Of a DNA stretch of 64,000 nt, positions 31,789 through 40,880 are shown one piece after another. Position 1 is the stretch's first letter, and every line of letters begins with the position of its first letter. Source of the stretch: Chloroflexota bacterium (GTDB lineage Bacteria; Chloroflexota; Dehalococcoidia; Lucifugimonadales; GCA-002723415); NCBI GenBank assembly GCA_002721445.1, contig PBKN01000012.1, positions 8,362 through 72,361 of the forward strand, written 5' to 3'. Below the pieces are notes generated by a model. That model made no database searches, had not been told where the DNA came from, and saw nothing but the letters and a program-made list of their open reading frames with translations. Position numbers and translations under genes: made by a program.

Positions 31789-32925
31789 TTAACGATAATG
31801 CCCTCGAGCTGGCAAATCCCAAATAGATTCTAAGCATCCGTTTCTGATACCAAAAATATAATCATGTAAATTAACACATGAAGTAATATCATAAGGAATA
31901 CACCAAATCCTATCTCCTAAATTTAAATTTTTGTTTCCCCAGTCAAATGCTATATTTCCATGCTCAGCACTAAGCCCTTTAACAATTAATCCAGGTAAAG
32001 TTGCTTCAGGAGAACCTAGGTCAGCTCCAATAGCCTTTCTGCCTCCATCTGTGATTATTGTTTTTGGTGCGGGTAAACTTGTTATACAGGTCATAACGCT
32101 TGCAGCGTTTTTAAATTCTGTTCTTAAAACTTTATATTTAGCATCCATCAATGCGTAAGATCCAGCAATAATATCAGTTACTCCTGAAATAGATGCTACA
32201 TCTTGATAATCATAAGTACATCCATACACTACAGAATTAACTTCTATGCCTTTAGTTTCAATTTGTTCACGAAAATTTAAAATTGTTTGAACAAATTGAA
32301 TAGAATCATTATTTATTTTATTAAATTCTAATTTATTATATATATTATTTTCTGGTAAACTTTCTGACACATAATTATTTATGAATTTACCAAACAAACC
32401 TGTAAAATTTATTGCAGGCAATTTCTGGATATCTTGACACATCTTCTCAGCATTATCTCCTGGTTCTACTCCTAAGCTATCAGTTGAAGAACTAATAACA
32501 AGAAGTAAATTAAGTTCTACCCCAGCAGAGGTAGCAGCAGCTGACAAATCAGCTATATTTGATGTATTATCTACTAATAAAGTAATATTTGAATTTTTAG
32601 CTAAAGCACAAAGGCGATTAATTTTACGTTTATTATAAATAATATTTGCAATCAAAACATCATTTAGTCCATGTTCAATAAAAACCTCAGCTTGTCCTAA
32701 GGTAGATACAGTAATACCTGAAGTAGAAGAATATTTAATTTGTTTATGAGCTATTGCAGGAGATCCATGAGCGCCAATATAAGGCTTTATATTTAACCCT
32801 TTAGATTCCACAAATCTGTTCATATAAGCTAAGTTATAATCAAGAGAATCTAAATCTACCATTAGTCCAGGTGTATCAAGTTCAATTTCTTTTGTACCTA
32901 TATCTTTAAATATTGGTCTTTCCAT
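31789..32925 (-). CDS. Divergent paralogue of the D-threonine-aldolase-like family, probably lacking the PLP lysine
   Basis: 378 aa; aligns to the upstream-oriented neighbour (ELDTPGLMVDLDSLDYNLAYM, TVSTLGQAEVFIEHGLNDVLIAN) but has YIGAHGSP at the position of the catalytic HxKxxK segment. Confidence 0.82.
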   Translation of the reverse strand: MERPIFKDIGTKEIELDTPGLMVDLDSLDYNLAYMNRFVESKGLNIKPYIGAHGSPAIAHKQIKYSSTSGITVSTLGQAEVFIEHGLNDVLIANIIYNKRKINRLCALAKNSNITLLVDNTSNIADLSAAATSAGVELNLLLVISSSTDSLGVEPGDNAEKMCQDIQKLPAINFTGLFGKFINNYVSESLPENNIYNKLEFNKINNDSIQFVQTILNFREQIETKGIEVNSVVYGCTYDYQDVASISGVTDIIAGSYALMDAKYKVLRTEFKNAASVMTCITSLPAPKTIITDGGRKAIGADLGSPEATLPGLIVKGLSAEHGNIAFDWGNKNLNLGDRIWCIPYDITSCVNLHDYIFGIRNGCLESIWDLPARGHYR

Positions 32926-33071
32926 TTAAAATTTTCCTTATTTAATTTAAAGAAACAACAAATAGGAGATTAACATAAATAACTCGATAAATAAATCCCT
33001 CTTGACGAAAAATAATTAATATTTAAAAATAATCCTATAATTAATTATTTTATGGATGTTTTTTCTGCACA

Positions 33072-33611
33072 ATGCTAGATTTTGAATTAATTAAAAATGA
33101 GAATATAGTAAAAAAAATAGATGTATCAAATAAAAATGAATTTTCTGATACATTACTACTAACAAATAAACGTTTAATTAAAATAAAAAAAGAAAAATAT
33201 AAAACTCAATTAAATATTATACCTATTGAAGACGTCCAAGAAGTCGAATGCAATTCGATTTTACCTAATTCTAAATCAATGATTTGGAGTATAACAGCAT
33301 TTTTAACAGGATTATTACTATATTTAGCTTTTAAAGAAACAATGTTAGGTATCCTATTTTTTCTTTTTTTAATATCACTTGGAATTTACTTAATAGTAGA
33401 TCATTTAAGTTCAAAAAAATATCAAAAATTAATATTTAAGACAATATCTAACAATATAACCATTGAATATACAATTGATAAAGACCGCTTAGAATTCAAT
33501 GCTAAAAATTATATACAATTATTTTTTAAACTCCGCTGGCAGTTACTACATGAAAATTCATTAAAAATAAATAAACCTAACCGTAAACAAATTTTTTCAA
33601 GATATCAATGA
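33072..33611 (+). CDS. Small membrane protein, possibly bacterial PH-like domain with a TM pair
   Basis: 179 aa; TLLLTNKRLIKIKKEK followed by two adjacent hydrophobic segments (MIWSITAFLTGLLLYLAF, MLGILFFLFLISLGIYLIV). Confidence 0.5.
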   Translation: MLDFELIKNENIVKKIDVSNKNEFSDTLLLTNKRLIKIKKEKYKTQLNIIPIEDVQEVECNSILPNSKSMIWSITAFLTGLLLYLAFKETMLGILFFLFLISLGIYLIVDHLSSKKYQKLIFKTISNNITIEYTIDKDRLEFNAKNYIQLFFKLRWQLLHENSLKINKPNRKQIFSRYQ

Positions 33612-33662
33612 AATAATAAAACTATCCTTATGGCCATACTTAAAGATACTAATCATATTTTA

Positions 33663-34691
33663 CTAATTAGAATCAATTCTCAAGCTTGGATATACGTCTA
33701 AATCCCATTGGTAAGTTAAATTATTTTTCAATCTAAAATATGCAGCTGATGCAATCATAGCTCCATTATCAGTACATAAAGATGGTCTAGGAATAAGTAA
33801 TTCAATTGGAGATTCTTTTTTAAATACATTTCTTAATAATTGATTAGATGCGACACCTCCACCTATAATCAATCCCTTAGCTTTAAATCTTTTAACTGCA
33901 TTAATTGTATTTTTCACTATAGTATCAACAATAGCTTCTTGAAATGACTTAGCAATATCCGCAATTTTTTGATCTACATCATTATCATCTTTCTTTGGAT
34001 AAACCCCCATTGATTCAGCGCGTCTTACGACTGAAGTTTTCAAACCACTAAAACTAAAATCCATGGAATTTTTAACCTTTGGACGGGGAAATGCAGGATC
34101 CAATAAATTACCTGACTCAGAAATCTTTTGAATCTCTGGACCTCCAGGGAAACCTAATCCTAAAACTCTAGCCACTTTATCGAAAACTTCTCCAGCAGCA
34201 TCATCTCTAGACCTAGCAATAATCTGAAAATCTCCATGACCTTTCATTAAAATCAAATCTGTATGTCCTCCTGAAACAACTAAAGAAATAATAGGGAAAC
34301 CTGGCTTTTCTTTTAGCTCGATATCTTCTAAGCATGTTGCATATATATGACCTTCAATATGATTTATTCCAATAAAAGGTAATCCTGAAGCAATTGCCAT
34401 AGATTTTGCAGTATTTACTCCAATCAATAATGACCCAGCTAAACCAGGACCATATGTAACAGATACAGCATCTATGTCATTTAAATTCATTCTTGCTTCA
34501 TTTAATGCTTTATTTATCCCAGGAATAATCTTTACAATATGCTCTCTTGAAGCTACTTCAGGTATAATCCCTCCAAATTCTGAATGCATATCAGCTTGAG
34601 AAAATACAATATTTGAAATTATATTTCTACCATCTTCAACAATCCCAACTGCGGTATCATCGCATGAAGTTTCTATACCTAATATTTTCAT
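33663..34691 (-). CDS. tsaD: tRNA N6-adenosine threonylcarbamoyltransferase
   Basis: 342 aa; KILGIETSCDDTAVGIVEDG, NHIEGHIYA, SGGHTDLILMKG, GGVASNQLLR. Confidence 0.97.
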   Translation of the reverse strand: MKILGIETSCDDTAVGIVEDGRNIISNIVFSQADMHSEFGGIIPEVASREHIVKIIPGINKALNEARMNLNDIDAVSVTYGPGLAGSLLIGVNTAKSMAIASGLPFIGINHIEGHIYATCLEDIELKEKPGFPIISLVVSGGHTDLILMKGHGDFQIIARSRDDAAGEVFDKVARVLGLGFPGGPEIQKISESGNLLDPAFPRPKVKNSMDFSFSGLKTSVVRRAESMGVYPKKDDNDVDQKIADIAKSFQEAIVDTIVKNTINAVKRFKAKGLIIGGGVASNQLLRNVFKKESPIELLIPRPSLCTDNGAMIASAAYFRLKNNLTYQWDLDVYPSLRIDSN

Positions 34692-35821
34692 AATTGATTA
34701 CCTTTATAATATTTATCAGAAAAAACTTCATGTGGTAAAAAAGATTTTCGACTAGACCCATATTTATAATCTATACCTCTGGTTGTAACAACACTTATAG
34801 AGGTATAAAAATCGCTCTCCCCACTAACTCCACTACCATTTCCTCCACCATGCCCTCTTAACCATTGAGGATCAATTAATTGAATCCCTTTCCAATTTCC
34901 ATTTGTAGCTAACAAGTGCCCAAATCTAGCTAAATCAGAAGCACTTATTACGATCCAACCTGGTCCACTCCTCACAGGTATACTATTTATAGTATATGGT
35001 GGGTCTAAATATGTATATGAATCTGGAATATTAGGATAAAAATATTTTTGAGATTTTACATATTCACCAGTATACCAATCCCAATTATTAGATTTGATTC
35101 CAATTTTTGAAAATAGCCGTTCATCAACGACATCTTTTAGGTCTCTATTCCAAAGAGAAGTCAATGCTTGCCCTAGCCTCCAAAAACCTGCACTACTATA
35201 TACTCCTTCAGTACCTGGTTCTATATGAGCATACAAATCATATGAAGGGTCGCCAGTCCATGTGCTCCAATTTGGTATTCCATATATACTTTTATCGTCT
35301 TCTAATCCAGTTCGTTTTTCTTTCCACCTTATTCCCATTTCCATTGGAAATCCTCCAAAATGTAAATCACCATATTTATATCCAATAATATGCCTCCAGC
35401 TTAAGTTTTTATGATAACCTTGGTCTAAATATTTGTGAGAATGTGATAGCTCACCTTCACCAGTCCAGGTTTTATATATGAGATCATCAGGATCTATAAG
35501 TCCATCCTCTATTGCACAGCCTATTAAAACCCAACATAAAGCTTTTCCTACAGATGCTGTGTGGAATCTGTAATTTCTATCACCCCATTCATGTATTATA
35601 TAGCCACCTCTAGTAATGACAGTACCAAATTTATTATCACAATGATCTTCTCCTCCAAAATTTGCACCTTTAACATTAAGGGTACTGATCCAAGTATTAA
35701 ATATACTAGGATTGATGCCTAATTTATCTAAATTTTTTAAATCCCAATCTTCATCAGGAAATGTAACCCAATCAGGTATTTTCTTGAGTTTCACAGATAA
35801 TCCTTTAATAAAAAGTACCAC
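34688..35821 (-). CDS. Serine hydrolase, beta-lactamase (class C/PBP-like) family
   Basis: 377 aa; SxxK motif TASVGKALCWVL, YSSAGFWRLGQAL, ISASDLARFGHLLA. 4-nt overlap with tsaD. Confidence 0.82.
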   Translation of the reverse strand: MVLFIKGLSVKLKKIPDWVTFPDEDWDLKNLDKLGINPSIFNTWISTLNVKGANFGGEDHCDNKFGTVITRGGYIIHEWGDRNYRFHTASVGKALCWVLIGCAIEDGLIDPDDLIYKTWTGEGELSHSHKYLDQGYHKNLSWRHIIGYKYGDLHFGGFPMEMGIRWKEKRTGLEDDKSIYGIPNWSTWTGDPSYDLYAHIEPGTEGVYSSAGFWRLGQALTSLWNRDLKDVVDERLFSKIGIKSNNWDWYTGEYVKSQKYFYPNIPDSYTYLDPPYTINSIPVRSGPGWIVISASDLARFGHLLATNGNWKGIQLIDPQWLRGHGGGNGSGVSGESDFYTSISVVTTRGIDYKYGSSRKSFLPHEVFSDKYYKGNQL

Positions 35822-35830
35822 TCAATATAA

Positions 35831-36529
35831 TTAATAATTCAGAACAGCTTTGATATTCATAATATTGTCTTTAATCGGAAAATCATTTCCCAAAATTGCA
35901 GATCCAGCAACTAATAAATTGGCACCAGACTGTGAGACCATGGGGGCAGTTTCTAAATTGATTCCTCCATCTACACCTATATCAATATCAAGATCTAATT
36001 CATCTATTTCTAATCTAAGTTTGTTTATTTTTTCCAGACTAGACGGTATAAATTTCTGCCCTCCAAAGCCCGGGTTAACTGACATAATTAATATTTCATC
36101 TACATCCGAAAGAATGGGTTTGATTAAATCTATTGAAGTTGCAGGATTTATAGCTATGCCAACTTCAATCCCCAATTCTTTAATTTGAAATATTGATTTA
36201 CGAATATCAATACAAGCTTCCAAATGAATAATAATTCTATCAGATCCAGCATTTACAAAATCAGGTATAAGTTTATCTGGACTATTCACCATCATATGAA
36301 CATGAAATGGTAAGTTTGTAAAAGGTCGAATAGATTCTACTACTACAGAACCAATAGTAATATTTGGAACAAAATGACCATCCATTACATCAATATGTAT
36401 ATTGTCTATGTCATATTTATTCAATTCAGTAATTTGATGTCCTAAAGAACTAAAATCAGCAGATAAAATTGATGGGGCTAATTTAATATCTTTAGACATA
36501 TCCTTCATCCTCAAGTAGGTTTTTTGCAT
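35831..36529 (-). CDS. rpe: Ribulose-phosphate 3-epimerase; true start likely the internal MSKDIKLAPSILSAD
   Basis: LAPSILSADFSSLG, IDNIHIDVMDGHFVPNITIG, ILIMSVNPGFGGQKF, DGGINLETAP. Confidence 0.96.
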   Translation of the reverse strand: MQKTYLRMKDMSKDIKLAPSILSADFSSLGHQITELNKYDIDNIHIDVMDGHFVPNITIGSVVVESIRPFTNLPFHVHMMVNSPDKLIPDFVNAGSDRIIIHLEACIDIRKSIFQIKELGIEVGIAINPATSIDLIKPILSDVDEILIMSVNPGFGGQKFIPSSLEKINKLRLEIDELDLDIDIGVDGGINLETAPMVSQSGANLLVAGSAILGNDFPIKDNIMNIKAVLNY

Positions 36530-37832
36530 TCAAAATTGATTCTTCAACTTGATTGTATGAAGTACCTCCTGGAATATCTCTGGATGAAATAGATTTTTCT
36601 AAATTAATTTCTAAAACATCACTATCAAATAAATCACTCAACTCTTTATAACTTGATAATGGAAGTTCACTAAATTTTTTACCTTTACTACTTGCTATAG
36701 AACTTAATTTAGAAACTATAGAATGAGCCTCTCTAAATGGCATCCCTTTATTAACTAAATAATCAGCAATATCAGTAGCTAAAATATTGCCTTGATCTGT
36801 GGCTAAAATCATATTTTTTGAATTAATTTTTATATTAACAATTAAGTCAGCCAACACATATAAAGTAGACAAAAGAGTATCTGAAGTATCAAAAAAAGGT
36901 ATTTTATCTTCTTGCATATCACGATTATATGTTAAAGGAAGAGATTTCATTATAGTTAATAAAGAAATTAGCCCTCCATAAACACGCCCAGTCTTACCTC
37001 TTGCTAATTCTAAAAAGTCTGGATTACGTTTCTGAGGCATTATACTACTACCAGTAATATAATCTTCACTTATTTCTATAAATTTAAATTCTTCAGAATT
37101 CCATATAATCAATTCTTCAGACAATCTAGAAATGTGCATCATGCATATAGAAGCAGCTGACTGAAAATCTAGTAGAAAGTCTCTATCAGACACTGCATCC
37201 ATACTATTTACTGTTAAAGAACTAAACCCTAACTCTTCTGCAACTGATTGCCTGTCAATGGGATAAGGGACTCCAGCTAAAGCACCACTACCAAGAGGTA
37301 AAACGTCTACTCTCTTATATGTCTCAAGAAATCTTTGATAATCCCTGTTAAACATTTGGAAATATGCCATCATGTGATGTGAAAAAAGTACCGGCTGAGC
37401 TCTTTGTAAATGAGTGTATCCAGGCAAAATAATTCTAGAATTTAATTCTGAAATTTTTATAAAAGAGTTTCTTAATAATTTTAAAGCTGAAAATACATCT
37501 TTAATAACATCTTTAACATACATACGTAAATCTAAAGCAATTTGATCATTTCTTGACCTTGCTGTATGCAACTTACCGGCTACATCTCCAATCTTTATAA
37601 AAAGCCTATTCTCTATATTCATATGAATATCTTCAAGTTCGTCTTTCCATGGGAAATCCCCTGATTCAATTTCAATTTTAATTTCCATTAAACCATTAAC
37701 AATTTGAGAAGCTTCTTTTTCTTTTATTATAGATTGCTTAGATAACATATTTACATGAGCTATTGAACCTTGTATGTCTTGTTTATATAAACGCTTATCA
37801 AATTTTATAGAAGATGTATAATCAGATTTCAT
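36492..37832 (-). CDS. argH: Argininosuccinate lyase
   Basis: 446 aa; TARSRNDQIALDLRMYV, GYTHLQRAQPVLFSHH, SSIMPQKRNPDFLELARGKTGRVYG. Confidence 0.97.
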   Translation of the reverse strand: MKSDYTSSIKFDKRLYKQDIQGSIAHVNMLSKQSIIKEKEASQIVNGLMEIKIEIESGDFPWKDELEDIHMNIENRLFIKIGDVAGKLHTARSRNDQIALDLRMYVKDVIKDVFSALKLLRNSFIKISELNSRIILPGYTHLQRAQPVLFSHHMMAYFQMFNRDYQRFLETYKRVDVLPLGSGALAGVPYPIDRQSVAEELGFSSLTVNSMDAVSDRDFLLDFQSAASICMMHISRLSEELIIWNSEEFKFIEISEDYITGSSIMPQKRNPDFLELARGKTGRVYGGLISLLTIMKSLPLTYNRDMQEDKIPFFDTSDTLLSTLYVLADLIVNIKINSKNMILATDQGNILATDIADYLVNKGMPFREAHSIVSKLSSIASSKGKKFSELPLSSYKELSDLFDSDVLEINLEKSISSRDIPGGTSYNQVEESILNAKNLLEDEGYV

Positions 37833-37889
37833 TTCAACTCTTTTTTTTAATAAAAATATATATATAAATTATATAATAAATTTTCCAAC

Positions 37890-38363
37890 CTATTCTACAT
37901 GTTTTTTGGGAACAAGAAACCTTCTTCGTAGTGATATAACTTTATCTTTGTTTTGATTTTCACCTATAGTTTCTAAATAAACTATTCCTCTATCAGTTTT
38001 AGTCTTACTCAAAACAACGTCTAAAATAGTACTTATAGCGTAAAGTGTATCCCCTTGAAATACGGGCTTGTAATGTACTATATTCTCATATTCTAGGTTT
38101 GCAATAGCTTTACCTGAGATATCTTTAACACTCATTCCCACTATTAAGCTGAAAACTAATGTACCAACAACAAGAATTTTTTTATGTTGATGCTTAGTCA
38201 TATAATGTTCATCAATATGTAATGGATTATGATTCATTGTTAACAATGAAAATAGATGGTTATCCATTTCAGTAATAGTTTTGCCAGGCCAATGTTTGAA
38301 AACATCCCCAGTTACAAAATCTTCAAAATACCCGCCAAAATCATTCTTTGATTCATGAATCAT
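37890..38363 (-). CDS. MaoC-family (hotdog) dehydratase
   Basis: 157 aa; LLTMNHNPLHIDEHYM, VGTLVFSLIVGMSV, NLEYENIVHYKPVFQGDTL. Confidence 0.87.
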   Translation of the reverse strand: MIHESKNDFGGYFEDFVTGDVFKHWPGKTITEMDNHLFSLLTMNHNPLHIDEHYMTKHQHKKILVVGTLVFSLIVGMSVKDISGKAIANLEYENIVHYKPVFQGDTLYAISTILDVVLSKTKTDRGIVYLETIGENQNKDKVISLRRRFLVPKKHVE

Positions 38364-38394
38364 TATTTACTCTCTGAATATAATAAATTGAAAA

Positions 38395-39675
38395 TTACTT
38401 ATCAATAAATGGTCTTTGCTTTAGCCCAAAATTCTTAGCTGAAATTCCTAAAATCTTCACAAAACCTTCTGCGTCAAAATGATCATAATTGCCAATTCCT
38501 TCCATTGAAGAATCATCCGTATATAAAGAATATGGAATAGAATTTTCTGTTTTTTCAATATATTCAAAATAAATATTGCCTTTATATATACGAATATATA
38601 TAGTCCCAGTAGAAAAATAATTAATTTTATTTAACATATCTAAAGCTGCAGAAGTAGTAAGATCAAGCCAGTAACCCTGATATACTTGAGTACTAATTGT
38701 ATTCGATAAAAATTCAAATAACTCTCTAGCTCTTCTATCTAATATAAATTGAAGTAAATACTCATATGATTTCCCTAAAATTTCCATTCCTGGTGATTCA
38801 TAAATACCTCTAGATTTAATTCCTACAAATCTATTTTCTACAACATGTGTTCCAATACCTACTCCATGCTTACTTCCAATTGTATTTGAAACATCAAATA
38901 TAGACACTAAGTCCAACTTTTCTCCATTTATTGATACAGGAACTCCCTTGTCCCACTCAATAGAAATAATTTCATACTTATCTTCAGCTTCCCATGGCCA
39001 TACACCCATTCCCGGCTTCACAAAGAAAGGAGATATAGTTACATCTTCTAGATCTCCTGCTTCATGCGTTAGGCCTAAAAAATTAGCATCAGTTGAATAT
39101 TTTGATTCTGACTTTGATTTAATTGGAAGAGAATTAGAGATACAATAATCAAGCATTTCATTACGTCCCGGAAATTCTTCTAAAAATTCCGGGTCTCTCC
39201 AAGGAGCATAAACTTCAACATTTGGATACAACATGTTTGAAGCTAATTGAAACCTAACTTGATCATTTCCTCTACCTGTAGCACCATGAAATAATGTTTC
39301 AATATTCTTATTATACATAGAAGATAAAATCAATTTAGTAGTTATAGGCCTTGCTATACCTGTAGTATTCCAATATCCTCCTTCATATTTAGCTTGAGAT
39401 TGTATCATTTTCAATCCAGCTTCAGCGAGTTCTTTTCTACCAGATATTATCTGTGCTGACTTTGCTCCACAATCTAGCATACGAGATTTTACAGTATCTA
39501 AATTTTCTTCATCTGGCTGACCTAGATCAACAGTATATGTGTGAATCTCAAACCCTTTTTGAGATAACCAATGAGTAACAGTACAACTATCTAATCCTCC
39601 AGAAACAGCACCAGCAATTTTTAAAGACTTAGATTTTAATTCTTTCCAATTCAAATCAACCTCTCTAGTTATCAC
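38395..39675 (-). CDS. argG: Argininosuccinate synthase
   Basis: 426 aa; AGAVSGGLDSCTVTHWL, FHGATGRGNDQVRFQ, SIDANFLG-like TDANFLGLTHEAG, GVGIGTHVVENRFVGIKSRGIYESPG. Confidence 0.94.
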   Translation of the reverse strand: MITREVDLNWKELKSKSLKIAGAVSGGLDSCTVTHWLSQKGFEIHTYTVDLGQPDEENLDTVKSRMLDCGAKSAQIISGRKELAEAGLKMIQSQAKYEGGYWNTTGIARPITTKLILSSMYNKNIETLFHGATGRGNDQVRFQLASNMLYPNVEVYAPWRDPEFLEEFPGRNEMLDYCISNSLPIKSKSESKYSTDANFLGLTHEAGDLEDVTISPFFVKPGMGVWPWEAEDKYEIISIEWDKGVPVSINGEKLDLVSIFDVSNTIGSKHGVGIGTHVVENRFVGIKSRGIYESPGMEILGKSYEYLLQFILDRRARELFEFLSNTISTQVYQGYWLDLTTSAALDMLNKINYFSTGTIYIRIYKGNIYFEYIEKTENSIPYSLYTDDSSMEGIGNYDHFDAEGFVKILGISAKNFGLKQRPFIDK

Positions 39676-39678
39676 ATA

Positions 39679-40869
39679 TTAATTTGAAAGTTTATCAAGT
39701 GATTTTCTTAATATACTAAAAGCTTTAGAAGCTTCATTAATTTCAACAGTTAATGGTGGCATTAAACGTATCGCATTTGGGCGTAAGGGATTTGTCAATA
39801 GACCATTATCATTGCATATTGAAACTAAATCTGCAGAAATTTCTGATTTAAATTGTATAGCCCACAATAATCCCATTCCTCTAATCTGATCAATAATTTC
39901 ATATTCCTTCTGAATTAAATTTAATTCCTCTTTGAAGTATTTTTCCATTTTTGATACATTATCTACGACTTTTTCATTAAGTATATATTCTGTTGATGCA
40001 AATGCTGCAGCACAAGTTAATGCATTACCTCCAAAAGTAGACCCATGATCCCCAGGATCAAATGCACAAGCATGTTCTTTAGCTAAAAATGCACCTATAG
40101 GAACACCTCCACCTAGACCTTTAGCTAAAGTCATAATATCTGGCTCAACATCAAAGACTTCATAACCAAATAGCTTGCCTAATCTTCCTAATCCTGTTTG
40201 TACTTCATCAAATATTAATAAAATCCCATTATCATCACACCATTTACGGACATTTTTCAAATAATCTTTAGAAGGAATATTAACTCCTCCTTCACCTTGA
40301 ACAGGCTCTAACATTACAGCTACAGTATTATCATTAGTAGATTTTTTTATTTCTTCCAAATTATTATAATCAACATGTTTAAATCCAGTAGGAATAGGTT
40401 GAAATATATCCTGGTATTTTGGCTGACCAGTAGCAGCTACAGACATCATTGTCCTACCATGAAATGAATTGAAGGCAGTAATTATCTCATGAGCATTATT
40501 TAAATTTTTCTTGCCAAATTTACGTGCTAATTTAATAGCTCCTTCATTGGCTTCAGTACCACTGTTGCAAATAAATATTTTATCTAAACAACTATTTTCT
40601 ACTAATATTTCAGCTAACTTTAATTGAGGTACTGTATAAAACTGATTAGATGTTTGGAGCAGAGTATTTGCTTGTTCAGAAATTGCTTTAGATATAGCTT
40701 TGTTTGAATGACCCACATTATTAACAGCCCAACCTGAAGTAAAATCTATATATTTTTTTCCATTATCATCCCATACATAAGATCCGTCACCTTTAACTAT
40801 TACAATTGGCTGTCGTTTCACAACAAACATATAATATTTTTTCTCAATTTCCTGCCAGTTAGTTGACAT
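39679..40869 (-). CDS. argD: Acetylornithine aminotransferase (class III)
   Basis: 396 aa; KYIDFTSGWAVNNVGH, IFICNSGTEANEGAIKLAR, AFHGRTM, IFDEVQTGLGR, HGSTFGGNALTCAA. Confidence 0.93.
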   Translation of the reverse strand: MSTNWQEIEKKYYMFVVKRQPIVIVKGDGSYVWDDNGKKYIDFTSGWAVNNVGHSNKAISKAISEQANTLLQTSNQFYTVPQLKLAEILVENSCLDKIFICNSGTEANEGAIKLARKFGKKNLNNAHEIITAFNSFHGRTMMSVAATGQPKYQDIFQPIPTGFKHVDYNNLEEIKKSTNDNTVAVMLEPVQGEGGVNIPSKDYLKNVRKWCDDNGILLIFDEVQTGLGRLGKLFGYEVFDVEPDIMTLAKGLGGGVPIGAFLAKEHACAFDPGDHGSTFGGNALTCAAAFASTEYILNEKVVDNVSKMEKYFKEELNLIQKEYEIIDQIRGMGLLWAIQFKSEISADLVSICNDNGLLTNPLRPNAIRLMPPLTVEINEASKAFSILRKSLDKLSN

Positions 40870-40880
40870 AATTATCTCCT

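Noticed and set aside
31331-32158. Plus-strand ORFs of 108 and 75 aa
   Set aside because: Antisense to the D-threonine-aldolase-like pair. No support as genes.
34688-35821. Possible antibiotic-resistance beta-lactamase
   Set aside because: It has the SxxK motif of the class C/PBP superfamily but YSS rather than the canonical YxN motif. Such serine hydrolases are usually esterases/peptidases, so a resistance role is not supported.
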